A stretch of DNA of 64,000 nt from Pirellulales bacterium. GTDB taxonomy: Bacteria > Planctomycetota > Planctomycetia > Pirellulales > UBA1268. A model generated the notes under the pieces. It did no database searches. It saw only the letters and a list, made by a program, of their open reading frames with translations, and was not told where the DNA came from. Where the stretch lies: positions 7,448 through 71,447 of the forward strand of contig JBILWX010000004.1 in the NCBI GenBank assembly GCA_044369655.1, read 5' to 3'. Both the position numbers and the translations under genes were made by a program. Numbering within the stretch: position 1 is the first letter of the stretch; each line of letters opens with the position of its first letter. This document shows, piece by piece, positions 19,701 through 29,834 of the stretch.

Positions 19701-21741
19701 CTTTGTCGAGCGGTTCGGACGGCACGAGCGGTCGCTCGCCGTCCGGCGACAGTTGGCCGAAGCCCTGGACGAGGCGATCGAAGCGGGCGCGTCTGGCGAG
19801 GAGCGTCGAGGGCTCGTCGTGGAGCGGGATTTCGTGCTGCTGGATATGGCTCGTGTCGGCATGCCTGCCGATCGGGCGCATGCCGAGGCGTCGCTGGCGC
19901 GGATCCGTCACGAGATCAGCGGCATCCCCGCTGCCCACGCCATCATGAACCCATCGGAGCGGCGGGCTGGGCAGACCGGCGGCCAGGCCGAGGCCTGGCC
20001 GATCGGCAGGATCGTGCCGCGGCGGGCGGGGAGGGACGGCCGAACGGGTGGCCTGCGGCGCGAAACGGACGAAGTGCGATTCATGCGGTCGCGGTTGATG
20101 AACATCCCGGTGGTGAGCGGGACCGATTCTTTTCTGCCCGGCCTCGAACTCGCGTTCGATCTGCATCAGCAGTCAGGCATCATCGCCACCGACGGGTACG
20201 GCAGGCAGATCGGCGACCCCTTCGGGCTCAAGTCCCGGTCCGACGCCGCGCGGCTCATGCCGCTGTTTCAGCCGGGCGGGATGGACGAGGCGTTCGTGGT
20301 CGGTCGCCTCGTGTTCATTCGGGCTGGTGCGAGCATCGCAGCATTCGAGATGGCCGGCGCCGGTGGAGCGGGGCAGGGGAAAGGCGGGCATCGTCCGCTG
20401 TGGATGGTTACGGACACATCGGATCCCACCGGTGAAGCGAGGGCAGCCGGATTTGTCATGAACATCGGCGGGAGGGCCGCCCGCCAGGGCAACATTCCCT
20501 TGGGGGCAAAGGTTTCCGAGCCGCGTCCCGGAGACGAGGTCGGCCGCCGGGGGAGTGCTTTGGCGGGGACCGCGCGGCGTACCGGCGTGGCCATCTTGGT
20601 CGACAGGTCGCTGAAGGTCTACGATCCCCTCTCCGGTCGGCCGCTCTGGGAGCGCCAGCGGCTTCCCCCTGCGAGTGAACTGATCGGTGACGACGACTAC
20701 CTCTGCGTCTGTCCGCCTGACGGCCGGGCCGCGGTCGTGCTCGCCATGGCCGATGGTCGGATCGTGCGGACGGTCGATCTGCCCGCCAGCGAACGGCGGT
20801 TGATCACCAGCGGCCGCTCGATCTTGTCGGTTCAGCCCATGGCCGCAGAACACGACCAAGGGTCGGCGTCAGCCGCTGGTGCAACCAGTGCCGATGCAGC
20901 GGACACCGCTTGGGCGCGACGGGTGCGGCTCGACGTGTTCGATCCCGTGGATGGCCAGAGCCGTCCGCTCGGCGACTACCCGGGCGAGTCTAGGGCGTCG
21001 GCCGCCGGCGACGGTCGGCTGGCGGTGGTGGATCCATCCGGCAATCTGAGTCTGCTCGACATCGACGCCGCGCGGGTCGTGTTTCGCACCCGGTTGCCCG
21101 ACATGCCGGCGGGGTTGGAACAGCTGCAGGTGCTGCCGTGGGTGGATCGCTATCTCGTGCTCGTAGGTCGCGCCGAAACGGCAGAGGAACAGCGGCAGCT
21201 CAACAGAATAGGTGCTATTGCGCCGCTCTCAGGCATGCAGGGCCGGCACATGTCTCATCTCGTCACGGGCTCCTTGTGGGCGGTCGATGGCTCCAGCGGC
21301 GACATGCTCTGGCCGGTGCCGGCGACGATCCTGAGGCACGCGGTCCAGAGCCACAACGGCTCGCAGTTGCCGGTGCTTCTGTTTGCCCGCTCGATCCAGC
21401 CCGAACGCGAACCGGACCGCCAGCAACTCAGCGTCCTCTGTCTCGACAAGCGCACCGGTCAGGCCGTCTACGTCGACGACCGCTTCAACGGCCGGGCAGC
21501 GGCCAGGCCTGATGGCGGGGCGGGTGGCTGTGCGATCAGCGGCGACCCCGCCACCCATACGATCGCGCTCTCGCAGGGGAGACGCGACACCCCCGACGTG
21601 CAGCTCGATTTTTCCGGGGCCCCGACGGCGCCCCGCCCGCCATTCCAAGCCGGCGCGGCGCGTTCCGCAGGCCCGGTCGATCCCCTTGTCGAAATCGAAT
21701 ACTGGATCAAGAAGGCACTGGCGATCCCGCTCCCCTTCTGA
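16744..21741 (+). CDS. giant secreted PQQ-like beta-propeller repeat protein (1665 aa)
   Basis: Signal-like N-terminus. More than 10 copies of the propeller blade pattern: LLAVDFETGKRVW, VVAIDLATRTLLW, LLCLDLRRGEVVW, VEAIDPANGRVVW, LKVYDPLSGRPLW and LWAVDGSSGDMLW. The central region is helical. Confidence 0.8.
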   Translation: MQPKLLRGVWSAVECPWVHAVLVCTLIGVLSIPGGSDLTAKGKACADETVDVDPATEEPAGDEAETDDGDGGIGFPNDRLRERQLDRGRRLVADQRWSDAAALFDEILAADRDSFFRVNRQQRTWQSIKSETNRVVGSLEKPGREAYELQFRARAERMLEQAVAANDGPGIVAVARRWFHTPAGYRATLLAAIEALEANQPLAAAAWLERLSAVDGAAAFEPTLSIMRAVAWLRAGDRTAAAAILEQARASGRNVVRIAGKDVTVSFPAGGGLAWLTALVGEPKSRTGHHGGDWVMHRGDAARNGVATASRPLLAARYRVPLARHPEESRLLHAQRRLHDDQELAVLPAGTPLAVDGTILVHTTMGLLAVDFETGKRVWLQPGGGGAAPLHAALGEEDGVGDADATSSFNSVFEDATSGTLASDGRLVFVVESHPDAVSPQQAGGMNFRPAMPAAGRAGLQAGGWKGGNTLSAYDVADRGALRWRLPARAGLIGDEAGQPASGTAWYLGAPLPAGKQLLVLVEEKGEVRLDVIDADTGRLEWSQPFAEVDERWAIDNRDSHTRRLAGLSPALAEGVLVCPTGAGAVVAIDLATRTLLWAHEYPRPREVAANGFANGGLARPRADGAREPRPGRWLDSAPVLAGGRVLLAAGDSQELLCLDLRRGEVVWRLPRKDRLYVAGVVEGRAIVVGRRGVEAIDPANGRVVWQRPFGAEQGSTSGRGILTEQRFFLPLDTPEVVEIDLADGRIVGRSAARGDAIPGNLLAYRGEVISQGADALEVFHQSAALELRIETALKADPQDAWAILWRGQLDLDRGNVAGGIAAVRAAHALQPTRVPANVVAGALLFALQRDFPQASPLWREAVALSGSPSTAIVALRVTVDGFLRTGDFPQAWEAARQLLASDESAEAEKILENGLVSAAITDAAGLIADGADPLLSVTPARWIQGRFAALFAKAPPSLRGEMDAFMANESAAAVGATDRVAGLRRFVERFGRHERSLAVRRQLAEALDEAIEAGASGEERRGLVVERDFVLLDMARVGMPADRAHAEASLARIRHEISGIPAAHAIMNPSERRAGQTGGQAEAWPIGRIVPRRAGRDGRTGGLRRETDEVRFMRSRLMNIPVVSGTDSFLPGLELAFDLHQQSGIIATDGYGRQIGDPFGLKSRSDAARLMPLFQPGGMDEAFVVGRLVFIRAGASIAAFEMAGAGGAGQGKGGHRPLWMVTDTSDPTGEARAAGFVMNIGGRAARQGNIPLGAKVSEPRPGDEVGRRGSALAGTARRTGVAILVDRSLKVYDPLSGRPLWERQRLPPASELIGDDDYLCVCPPDGRAAVVLAMADGRIVRTVDLPASERRLITSGRSILSVQPMAAEHDQGSASAAGATSADAADTAWARRVRLDVFDPVDGQSRPLGDYPGESRASAAGDGRLAVVDPSGNLSLLDIDAARVVFRTRLPDMPAGLEQLQVLPWVDRYLVLVGRAETAEEQRQLNRIGAIAPLSGMQGRHMSHLVTGSLWAVDGSSGDMLWPVPATILRHAVQSHNGSQLPVLLFARSIQPEREPDRQQLSVLCLDKRTGQAVYVDDRFNGRAAARPDGGAGGCAISGDPATHTIALSQGRRDTPDVQLDFSGAPTAPRPPFQAGAARSAGPVDPLVEIEYWIKKALAIPLPF

Positions 21742-21821
21742 TTCGTGCGGCTCATTCCCGGTATCCTGTTCTTGAGAGAACCTTGGTCCCGATGATGGTC
21801 TCACAGATGACGGTCTCACAG

Positions 21822-22862
21822 ATGCAACGCATGATCCGCACGTGTACCGCCATCCTCTCGACGCTGGCCGTCGTGCTCCCGGTCGTGCCAGTGGCGGCGG
21901 CTCCGACGGAAGAGAAGGTCGAGCTCGTCGTCTCCAAGGGCCTCGACTGGCTGGTCCGCAGGCAGTCGAGGCGGGGCAGTTGGGTGGCGAATGAAAACCG
22001 CTACCCGACGGCGATGACGGCGCTGGCGGGCACGGCGCTTTTGATGGAGGGCTCGACCACCACGCAGGGCAAGTATGCCGAGTCGATCCGACAGGCCGTC
22101 GACTACCTCGTGAGCCGCTCCCGGCCCAACGGCTTGATCGGTGATCCGAAGAACGACGATCGCTACACCTACGGCCACGGCTTCTCGATGCTCTTCCTGT
22201 CCCAGGTGCTCGGCGAGGAGGAAGACGAGCGCCGCCGCGAGGAGCTCGTGCGCGTGCTCGACAAGGCGGTGGAGTTTTCCGGTCGCGCCCAGACGTCGGA
22301 CGGCGGCTGGGGCTACGTGAGCGCAAAAGACGGCAACAATTTTGACGAAGGTTCGACCACGATCACGCAGGTGCAGGGATTGCGTGGCTGTCGCAACGCG
22401 GGCATCACGGTGCCACGGGAGATCATCGACAAGGCGATCGCCTACATTCACAAGTGCACGATGCCCGATGGCGGCGTGCAGTACAGCTCCAAGGGCGGCG
22501 GCGGCCGTCCGGCCATCTCCGCGGCGGCCATCGCCTGCCTGTTCAACGCCGGGGAATACGATGACAACCACGTGCCGCGGATGCTCGACTACGCGGAGAA
22601 GCATCTCGGCAACATCGCCAACAACGGCTTCGGCCACTGGCACTATGCCCACTTCTATTACGCGCAGGTGATGTATCGCGAGGGGGGCAAGAAGTGGTCG
22701 GCGTACAGGAAGCAGATCGAGGAACGGCTCGTGTCGGAGGCGCAAAACGACCGCGACGGGCTCTCCTGGCCGCAGGGTTATATCGGTCCTGTTTACACGA
22801 CGGCCACGAACCTCACCATTCTGCAGCTTGACCGGGGCACGCTCCCGATCTACCAACGCTGA
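21822..22862 (+). CDS. secreted prenyltransferase/squalene-cyclase-repeat (alpha/alpha-toroid) protein
   Basis: Signal peptide MQRMIRTCTAILSTLAVVLPVVPVAAA. Repeats are of the QW type: WLVRRQSRRGSW, RAQTSDGGWGYV and MPDGGVQYS. Alternative starts at 21783 (TTG) or 21792 (ATG). Confidence 0.7.
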   Translation: MQRMIRTCTAILSTLAVVLPVVPVAAAPTEEKVELVVSKGLDWLVRRQSRRGSWVANENRYPTAMTALAGTALLMEGSTTTQGKYAESIRQAVDYLVSRSRPNGLIGDPKNDDRYTYGHGFSMLFLSQVLGEEEDERRREELVRVLDKAVEFSGRAQTSDGGWGYVSAKDGNNFDEGSTTITQVQGLRGCRNAGITVPREIIDKAIAYIHKCTMPDGGVQYSSKGGGGRPAISAAAIACLFNAGEYDDNHVPRMLDYAEKHLGNIANNGFGHWHYAHFYYAQVMYREGGKKWSAYRKQIEERLVSEAQNDRDGLSWPQGYIGPVYTTATNLTILQLDRGTLPIYQR

Positions 22863-22934
22863 CACGCTTTTCCTTTCCGACCGCAGACGTATCATCCCGC
22901 AGGCATGCCCCGCCGTTTTCGCCCGGAGATAACC

Positions 22935-23981
22935 ATGACGCAGACGTCCCTCGACCCAACCGCCATCGACCGCCTGCACGAGGCGCACGATCGCATCCTT
23001 GCGCAGCTCTCGCGGGTGATCGTCGGGCAGAGTCAGGTGATCGAGGAACTGTTGATCTGCCTGTTCAGCCGCGGCCATTGCCTGCTGGAGGGCGTGCCGG
23101 GCCTTGCCAAGACGCTGCTGGTCAGCACGCTGGCCAAGAGTCTCGACCTCTCCTTCAGCCGGATCCAATTCACCCCCGACCTGATGCCTGCCGACATCAT
23201 CGGCACCGACGTGCTCGAGGAGGACAAGGCGACGGGGTCACGGCAACTGCGGTTTCTCGAAGGGCCGCTGTTCGCCAACGTGGTGCTGGCCGACGAGATC
23301 AATCGCACGCCGCCGAAGACGCAGGCGGCGCTGCTCGAAGCGATGCAGGAGCGGCAGGTCAGCGTCGGGCGGGTGCGGCACCGGCTGGTCGATCCATTCT
23401 TCGTGCTGGCCACGCAGAATCCGATCGAACAGGAGGGCACCTATCCGTTGCCCGAGGCCCAGCAGGACCGGTTCATGTTCAAGGTGTTCGTCCGCTACCC
23501 GACGTTCCAGGAGGAATTCGAGATTGCCCGGCGGACCACGGGCCTGCCGGCGGAAGATGCGCAGCCCGTCCTGTCGGCGGCCGACATCCTCGGCCTGCAG
23601 CAGGCCGTCCGTGGTGTGCCGGTGAGCGACCATCTCGTGCGGTATGCGCTGGCGATCGTCCGGCAGACCCGGGCGGGAGAGAAGGGCACGCCCGACTTCG
23701 TGAGTGACCAGCTCTCCTGGGGTGCCGGACCGCGGGCCGTGCAGTTCCTGATCATCGGCGCCAAGGCCCGGGCAATCCTGCAGGGACGCAGCCACGTGGC
23801 GGTCGAAGACATCCAGGCGCTCGCCAGCCCCGTGTTGCGGCATCGGATCGTCGTCGGCTTCGCCGCCGAGAGCGAGGGCATCACGCCCGACGCGATCATC
23901 CAACGCATCATCGAAACGACTCCGGCCAGAGAGGACGAGCTGACCCGTGACGCCCGGTTCCAGACGATATTTGCATCCTGA
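22935..23981 (+). CDS. moxR: MoxR-family AAA+ ATPase
   Basis: [33 protein letters not shown] (Walker A), [24 protein letters not shown] (Walker B/sensor) and [32 protein letters not shown] lies before the ATG at 22935. Confidence 0.9.
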   Translation: MTQTSLDPTAIDRLHEAHDRILAQLSRVIVGQSQVIEELLICLFSRGHCLLEGVPGLAKTLLVSTLAKSLDLSFSRIQFTPDLMPADIIGTDVLEEDKATGSRQLRFLEGPLFANVVLADEINRTPPKTQAALLEAMQERQVSVGRVRHRLVDPFFVLATQNPIEQEGTYPLPEAQQDRFMFKVFVRYPTFQEEFEIARRTTGLPAEDAQPVLSAADILGLQQAVRGVPVSDHLVRYALAIVRQTRAGEKGTPDFVSDQLSWGAGPRAVQFLIIGAKARAILQGRSHVAVEDIQALASPVLRHRIVVGFAAESEGITPDAIIQRIIETTPAREDELTRDARFQTIFAS

Positions 23982-24846
23982 GGCGATCGCCCGCATCGCC
24001 CGGCTCGAGCTGCGCGCCCGAGCCGTCGTCGAGGGGGTGCTGGCCGGTCTTCACAAGAGCCCCTACAAGGGGCAGTCGGTGGAGTTTCTCCAGCACCGCG
24101 AGTACGTCCGGGGCGACGACCTGCGCCGCGTCGACTGGAAAGTGTGGGGGCGTCAGGACCGGCTCTACGTCAAGGAATTCGAAGAAGAGACGAACCTGCG
24201 GGTGACGTTGCTGGTGGACGGATCGGCCAGCATGAACTACGCGTCGGGACCGCTCGGCAAATACGATTATGCCGCCACGCTCGCCGCCAGCCTCGCCTGG
24301 CTGGCGCTCTCGCATGGCGATGCCGTTGGCTGCTGCGTGTTCGACGACAAGGTCAGGGCGACCGTGCCGCCGCGGACGAAACGTTCGCATCTGGCGAGCG
24401 TGGTGGAGGTGCTCGAGACGCCACGGTCGGGTCGCCCCACCGCCTTCCTGCCGGTGCTCAGGGCCCTCGCCGAAACGTTGCCCCGGCGGGGCCTCGTGAT
24501 CGTGATGTCGGATCTGCTCGGCGACCGCGACGGCGTGTTTCAGGGGCTGCAGTTGTTGCGGAAACGCGGACACGACTTGGTGCTGCTCCACGTGATGGAC
24601 GACGACGAACTCGATTTCCCCTTCGAGGGCCCGACTCGTTTCGAGGGACTGGAATTGCCCGACTCCCTCGCGTGCAATCCACGGAGCCTCCGGGCCGGCT
24701 ACCTGGCGGCCGTGGAGGCATTTCTCACCGACGTCCGCACGCGGGCCGCGGGTGCGCGGTGCGACTATTCGCTGATCCGCACCGGTGAACCGGTCGATGC
24801 GGCGCTCGTGAAGTTTCTCTCCCGCCGCGCCAGCATGGCCGTGTAG
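23947..24846 (+). CDS. DUF58 family protein (VWA-like, MoxR partner)
   Basis: [32 protein letters not shown], then [11 protein letters not shown]. The GTG start overlaps the moxR end. An alternative TTG lies at 23971. Confidence 0.85.
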   Translation: MTPGSRRYLHPEAIARIARLELRARAVVEGVLAGLHKSPYKGQSVEFLQHREYVRGDDLRRVDWKVWGRQDRLYVKEFEEETNLRVTLLVDGSASMNYASGPLGKYDYAATLAASLAWLALSHGDAVGCCVFDDKVRATVPPRTKRSHLASVVEVLETPRSGRPTAFLPVLRALAETLPRRGLVIVMSDLLGDRDGVFQGLQLLRKRGHDLVLLHVMDDDELDFPFEGPTRFEGLELPDSLACNPRSLRAGYLAAVEAFLTDVRTRAAGARCDYSLIRTGEPVDAALVKFLSRRASMAV

Positions 24847-24861
24847 AAGGGAACCCACGCC

Positions 24862-27186
24862 ATGCCGACGTTCGATTTCCTGCCGCTGCTCTGGTGGGGG
24901 CTGCCCTTGGCGGCGGCCCCGATCATCATCCATCTGATCAATCTCTTGCGGCATCGCCGGGTGCCGTGGGCGGCCATGGAGTTCCTGCTGGCCAGCCAGA
25001 AGAAGTATCGCACCCGGGTGCTGCTCAAGCAGTTGCTGCTGTTGCTCTTGCGGGTGGCTGCCGTGCTGGGGATCGTGCTGAGCCTGGCGCAGCCCCGCTG
25101 GAAGACCGCGCTTGGCCGGATGCTTGGCGGCGCACGGGCGGCCCATGTCGTGCTGCTCGACGACAGTTATTCGATGGGCGACCTGTCGGCGGACGGCCGC
25201 ATCGGAGATGCCAGTTGCTTCGACCGCGGCCGGCTGGTTGTGGAGCGGATCTGTGCTGAACTGGCCGCCGCCGCGGGGCAGCAGGAATTGGCCATCGGCC
25301 GCTTTTCCGCGTTTGACAGGCAGCAGTCACACGAATCACCGCGTGGCCGGAACGAATCGAGCGGGGAACGGCGGCCCGCTGCAGAACCGAGTCCGTCTTC
25401 GGAGGCATTCGACATCCGCCTGCAGACCGTGACGCCACGACTGGTGCAGGAGGTTCGTGACGAACTGGCCGACCAAACTCCCTCCGCGGCGGCCGCCGGA
25501 CCGCGGGCGGCGGTGGCCGCAGCGGCCGCTCTGCTCGGCGGCGGCACGGGCGCCGCCAACGTCATCTGGCTGGTCAGCGACTTTCGCGCCAAGGACTGGA
25601 AGGCTGACGACGAAACGACCGGCCTGTTGCGGCAACTCTCCGACGCCGGCTGCGAACTGCGGCTGGTCGACTGTGCCGACGACGCGGGGGATGGAAGACA
25701 GCCCGGCAATCTGACCGTGGAGCGGCTGGAGATCGCCGGAGGCGTGCCCGCCACCGGCGTGCTCGTGCCTCTCGAAGTGGCGGTCCGCAACGACTCCGAC
25801 CGGCCGGTCCGTGACGTGGCCGTCGACCTGCGCGAGGACGGCCTCGGGCGGCCGGGTGTGCGGATCGCCGAGATCCCGGCCGGCGGGGTGGGCACGCAGC
25901 GGTTCGACGCCCGCTTTACCAAAGCCGGGACACACCTGCTCGAAGCGAATCTTGCCGCCGACGCGGTGGCGGCGGACAACCGGCGCGCGTTGGCGATCGA
26001 CGTAGTCGACCGGGTGGACGTGCTGCTCATCGACGGCGATCCCACGGGCGGAACCCGTGCCGGCGACGCCTTCTACGTGGCCACCGCACTCGCCCCCGGG
26101 GCGGGCGCGCCCACGGGATTGCGGCCCCGCATCGAGCCGCCGCGGAGCCTGGCCACGCTCGACCTGACGCCGTTCGCCTGCATCTGGCTCCTCGACGTCG
26201 AGCGGCTCGACACGCCCGAGGTCGCGGCGCTCGAGGCCTTTGCCCGGGCCGGCGGGGGCGTCGTGTTCTTCACCGGTCCGCGGACGAAGGCCGACGTCAG
26301 CAACCGCACGCTCTACCGCGGCGGCGAGGGGCTCTTTCCGGTGCCGCTGGCCGGACCGGTCGACCTGCTGGCCGATGGCGGTGCCGCCGCCGCCCCCGAC
26401 GTGGTCGTCGAGGAACACCCGGTCGTCGCCGTGCTCTCAGGCCAGCGCAATCCGTTGCTCGACGCCGTGCGGATCGAGCGTTCGATGGCGGTGGAACGCG
26501 GCTTCGAGCCCGTGGCCACCAGCGGCCTTCGCCGGCTGCTCTCGCTCCGCACCGGCGGGCCGCTCGTCGTCGAACGGCCGTACGGCGACGGCATGGTCGT
26601 GGCGGTGCTGACGACGGCCTCGCCGACCTGGAACAATTGGGCCCGCGGCAATCCCAGTTGGGTGGTCGTGATGCTGGAGTTGGAGAGCCATCTGGCCCGC
26701 AGCCGGCGCCGGGCGGAATCGCTCGAGGTGGGCGATCCCGTCGTGGTGCGGCTCGATCCCGGCGTCGACGAGATCGAGGTCGACGTGGCCGTCCCCCCCG
26801 ACGGCACTCTGGTGCACCAGACGGCGGTGGCGTCGTCGTCGGGAATGCTGGAAGCCACGCTTCGTGACACGGCTGCCGCGGGCGGCTACACGGCCCGCTG
26901 GCGGCGGCTTGACGGTACCGAACGTGAACGCATCTTCGCCGTGAACGTGAAAGCCGACGAGGGCCAAATGGAGCGGATCGGGCGCGCACGGCTCGACCGT
27001 GCGCTCGCCGGCATAGCCTTCAAGTACGACCGTGCCGAATCGCTTCAGCCCGACACCACGACGCTGGCCGGCGTGCCCCTGATGAAGCCGCTCCTGCACC
27101 TGCTCGCGGCGGTGCTGATCATCGAACAACTGGTGGCGTTTTCAGCCAGCTACCATGCTGCGGTTCGGGGAAAATCCGCCGCCTGA
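24862..27186 (+). CDS. BatA-N (aerotolerance regulator N-terminal double-TM) domain protein with VWA-like region
   Basis: N-terminus MPTFDFLPLLWWGLPLAAAPIIIHLINLLRHRRVPWAAMEFL, VLLDDSYSMGD, and a C-terminal TM LLHLLAAVLIIEQLVAF. Confidence 0.8.
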   Translation: MPTFDFLPLLWWGLPLAAAPIIIHLINLLRHRRVPWAAMEFLLASQKKYRTRVLLKQLLLLLLRVAAVLGIVLSLAQPRWKTALGRMLGGARAAHVVLLDDSYSMGDLSADGRIGDASCFDRGRLVVERICAELAAAAGQQELAIGRFSAFDRQQSHESPRGRNESSGERRPAAEPSPSSEAFDIRLQTVTPRLVQEVRDELADQTPSAAAAGPRAAVAAAAALLGGGTGAANVIWLVSDFRAKDWKADDETTGLLRQLSDAGCELRLVDCADDAGDGRQPGNLTVERLEIAGGVPATGVLVPLEVAVRNDSDRPVRDVAVDLREDGLGRPGVRIAEIPAGGVGTQRFDARFTKAGTHLLEANLAADAVAADNRRALAIDVVDRVDVLLIDGDPTGGTRAGDAFYVATALAPGAGAPTGLRPRIEPPRSLATLDLTPFACIWLLDVERLDTPEVAALEAFARAGGGVVFFTGPRTKADVSNRTLYRGGEGLFPVPLAGPVDLLADGGAAAAPDVVVEEHPVVAVLSGQRNPLLDAVRIERSMAVERGFEPVATSGLRRLLSLRTGGPLVVERPYGDGMVVAVLTTASPTWNNWARGNPSWVVVMLELESHLARSRRRAESLEVGDPVVVRLDPGVDEIEVDVAVPPDGTLVHQTAVASSSGMLEATLRDTAAAGGYTARWRRLDGTERERIFAVNVKADEGQMERIGRARLDRALAGIAFKYDRAESLQPDTTTLAGVPLMKPLLHLLAAVLIIEQLVAFSASYHAAVRGKSAA

Positions 27187-27206
27187 CCAGTCCTCACCCA
27201 TCCCTC

Positions 27207-29768
27207 ATGCCAGCACTCACTCCCGCACCGTTGCCGCCGCTGCCGTGGCCGCTGTTGCCTTCGGCAGCAGCCTCGCCGTGGTGCCTGCTCGCGTCGTCAG
27301 AGCGGGTGCAGCACCGCATCACCAGCGGGCTGATCGACGGGTTCTCGCAGTGGTGGCAGATGCCGGCGCTTGTGCTGGCGTTCGCGGCGATCGCTGCCTT
27401 CGTGCTCTGGATGTACCGTCGCGACGCAGCCGAATTGCCGCGTGGAGTGGGGATCGCGCTCGCGGCCCTGCGACTGGGGGCGGTGGCGGCGGTCGCGGCC
27501 GCCTACCTCGATTTCGAACGCACGGCGGAGCATGAGATCGTCTTTCCGTCGCGGGTGGCCGTGCTCGTCGATTCCAGCGCCAGCATGACATTGCGAGACG
27601 AACCCGCCGGCGATCACGAGGCCGCGTCCGCAGATGACCAGCAGGCGGGCACGCGGTCGACACGCGCGGTCGACGTGCTCCGCGAGGGCGGCCTGCTCGC
27701 GGCGCTCGCCCCGCGGCACGAGGTGTCGGTGTGGCGGTTCGATGCCGACGCCGAGCCCTTGGCGATCCTGCCGACGGCGGCTACGGCCACCCCGGACGAG
27801 CCTGCCGGCGAATCCCCGGCGGTGGCCACCACGCCGGCCTCGCCACCGCCGGCAGAGGGCTGGCCAGAATTGCTCACCGCACGCGGCTACGAGACCCGGC
27901 TGGGGGAGGCGCTCGCCCGGGTGCTCGACCAGGAACCGGCCGGCGCGCTGGCCGGCGTGATCGTACTGACCGACGGCGCCTCGAACGCCGGCATCGATCC
28001 TGCGGCGGCCGTGGCGGCGCTTGCCAAGGCCGGCGTTCCCGTGCATGCGCTGGGCATCGGGTCCGACCGGCTGCCGACCAACGTGCGCGTCGCCGACGTG
28101 CTGGTACCGGCCCGCGTGTTTCCGGGCGATCGCTTCGCCGTCACCGCCTACCTGCAGGCGCAGGGGCTGGCGGGGCAGACGGTCCGCGTCGAGCTGGCCG
28201 AACTCGCCACCGACTCGAGCGGTGGCGATCCGCAGGCCACCGCCGCGGCGGGCCGCGTGATCGACACCGCGGAGGTCATGCTCGGAGCGGGGGGCGAACT
28301 CGTCGCCGTGCGGTTCGACGTTCCGGGGCTGGAGGCGCCGGGACGCCGCGATCTGGCCGTCCGCGTGATCCCTCCCGCCGTCGACCGCACGCCCGCCGAC
28401 GACCGCCAAGTGGCCGAAGTGGAGGTGGTCGATCGGGTGACGCAGGTGCTGCTCATGGCTGGCGGCCCGAGTCGCGAATACCAGTTCATGCGAAACGTTC
28501 TCGAACGCGACAAGAGCGTCGCCGTGGATGTCGTGCTGGGGACCGCCGGCAAGGGTGGATCCCAGGATGCCCGCCGGATTCTGCCGGCCTTTCCGGCGAC
28601 GGCCGAGGAATTGGCGGAGTATGACGTCGTCGTCGCCTTTGACTATGACTGGCGGCTGCTTGATGCCGCGGCGCAGGCCCGCCTCGAACGCTGGGTGTCG
28701 CGAGAGTCGGGCGGCCTGGTGCTGGTGGCCGGCTCCATTTTCATGGACGCGTGGATCGCCGATTCCCAGACCGCGGTGATTCGCAACCTCCATCCCGTGG
28801 AGTTGCGGCGGGCCGGCCGCTTGACAGGCGACGATACCGCGGCACTCGAGACGCCGATGCCGCTCGTCTTCTCACGCGACGGGCTCGACGCCGAGTTTCT
28901 CTGGCTCGCCTCGAGCCGCATCGCCAGCCAGACCGTCTGGAGCGAGTTCGCGGGCGTGTTTTCCTGTTTCGACTCGACAGGTTCCAAGCCGGGTGCCACG
29001 GTCTACGCGCGGGCCGCCCGCCCCGGCGCGGCAGGATCACCGGAATCCAATCCCATCTACTTTGCCGGCCAGTTCTACGGCTCCGGCAACGTCTTCTTCA
29101 TGGGAAGTGGCGAGATGTGGCGGCTGCGAGCACTTGACGACAGCCTGCACGAGCGGTTTGCCACGCAACTGGTTCGCCATGTGTCGCAGGGACGGCTGCT
29201 GCGCGGATCGCGGCGGGCCCGACTGCTCGTCGACCGGGATCGGTTTGCCGTGGGGTCCAACGTGGTGGTGAGACTGGTCGTGCCCGAAGGGGAGACGGCC
29301 GTGCCTGCGGACTGTCGGGTGGTGGGGCCCGATGGCACGGTGTTGCGGGTGCCACTCGTGGCCGAACGGGACCGGAGCGGCGTGCTGCAAGGCACGTTCG
29401 TGGCCGCCCGCGATGGTTCATGGCGGATCGACGTGGATCTGCCCGGCGGCAGCGGCGAGAAGGTGTCACGCCGCATCCAGGCGCGGCTGCCGGACCGTGA
29501 ACTGGAGCGGCCGCGGCTGGATCGTGGCGTGCTCGAACAGATCGCCGCGCTCTCCGGTGGCACCGCCCGTTTTCTCGGGACGGATCCCTGGACGGGGGAC
29601 GATTCACGGCGGCTCGCCGGTGGCATCCAGGATCGCTCGCGGCGCGAATACGAAACCGGCACGCCGGACGGGGCATTCAAGCGACGACTCAACGGCATCC
29701 TGCTGGCGCTTGCCACAGGACTCCTGTGCAGTGAATGGATTCTCCGACGGCTCGTCAAGCTCGCCTGA
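27207..29768 (+). CDS. membrane-anchored VWA domain protein (BatB-like)
   Basis: Two N-terminal TM segments. MIDAS motif VAVLVDSSASMTL, then VIVLTDGASNAG. C-terminal TM ILLALATGLLCSEWIL. Alternative start at ATG 27360. Confidence 0.75.
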   Translation: MPALTPAPLPPLPWPLLPSAAASPWCLLASSERVQHRITSGLIDGFSQWWQMPALVLAFAAIAAFVLWMYRRDAAELPRGVGIALAALRLGAVAAVAAAYLDFERTAEHEIVFPSRVAVLVDSSASMTLRDEPAGDHEAASADDQQAGTRSTRAVDVLREGGLLAALAPRHEVSVWRFDADAEPLAILPTAATATPDEPAGESPAVATTPASPPPAEGWPELLTARGYETRLGEALARVLDQEPAGALAGVIVLTDGASNAGIDPAAAVAALAKAGVPVHALGIGSDRLPTNVRVADVLVPARVFPGDRFAVTAYLQAQGLAGQTVRVELAELATDSSGGDPQATAAAGRVIDTAEVMLGAGGELVAVRFDVPGLEAPGRRDLAVRVIPPAVDRTPADDRQVAEVEVVDRVTQVLLMAGGPSREYQFMRNVLERDKSVAVDVVLGTAGKGGSQDARRILPAFPATAEELAEYDVVVAFDYDWRLLDAAAQARLERWVSRESGGLVLVAGSIFMDAWIADSQTAVIRNLHPVELRRAGRLTGDDTAALETPMPLVFSRDGLDAEFLWLASSRIASQTVWSEFAGVFSCFDSTGSKPGATVYARAARPGAAGSPESNPIYFAGQFYGSGNVFFMGSGEMWRLRALDDSLHERFATQLVRHVSQGRLLRGSRRARLLVDRDRFAVGSNVVVRLVVPEGETAVPADCRVVGPDGTVLRVPLVAERDRSGVLQGTFVAARDGSWRIDVDLPGGSGEKVSRRIQARLPDRELERPRLDRGVLEQIAALSGGTARFLGTDPWTGDDSRRLAGGIQDRSRREYETGTPDGAFKRRLNGILLALATGLLCSEWILRRLVKLA

Positions 29769-29834
29769 AGGGCAGTCCCGATGTGCAGTTTCCGCCATGT
29801 CATCCCGTTGTTCCGCACCACCTGAGGCCACCCC

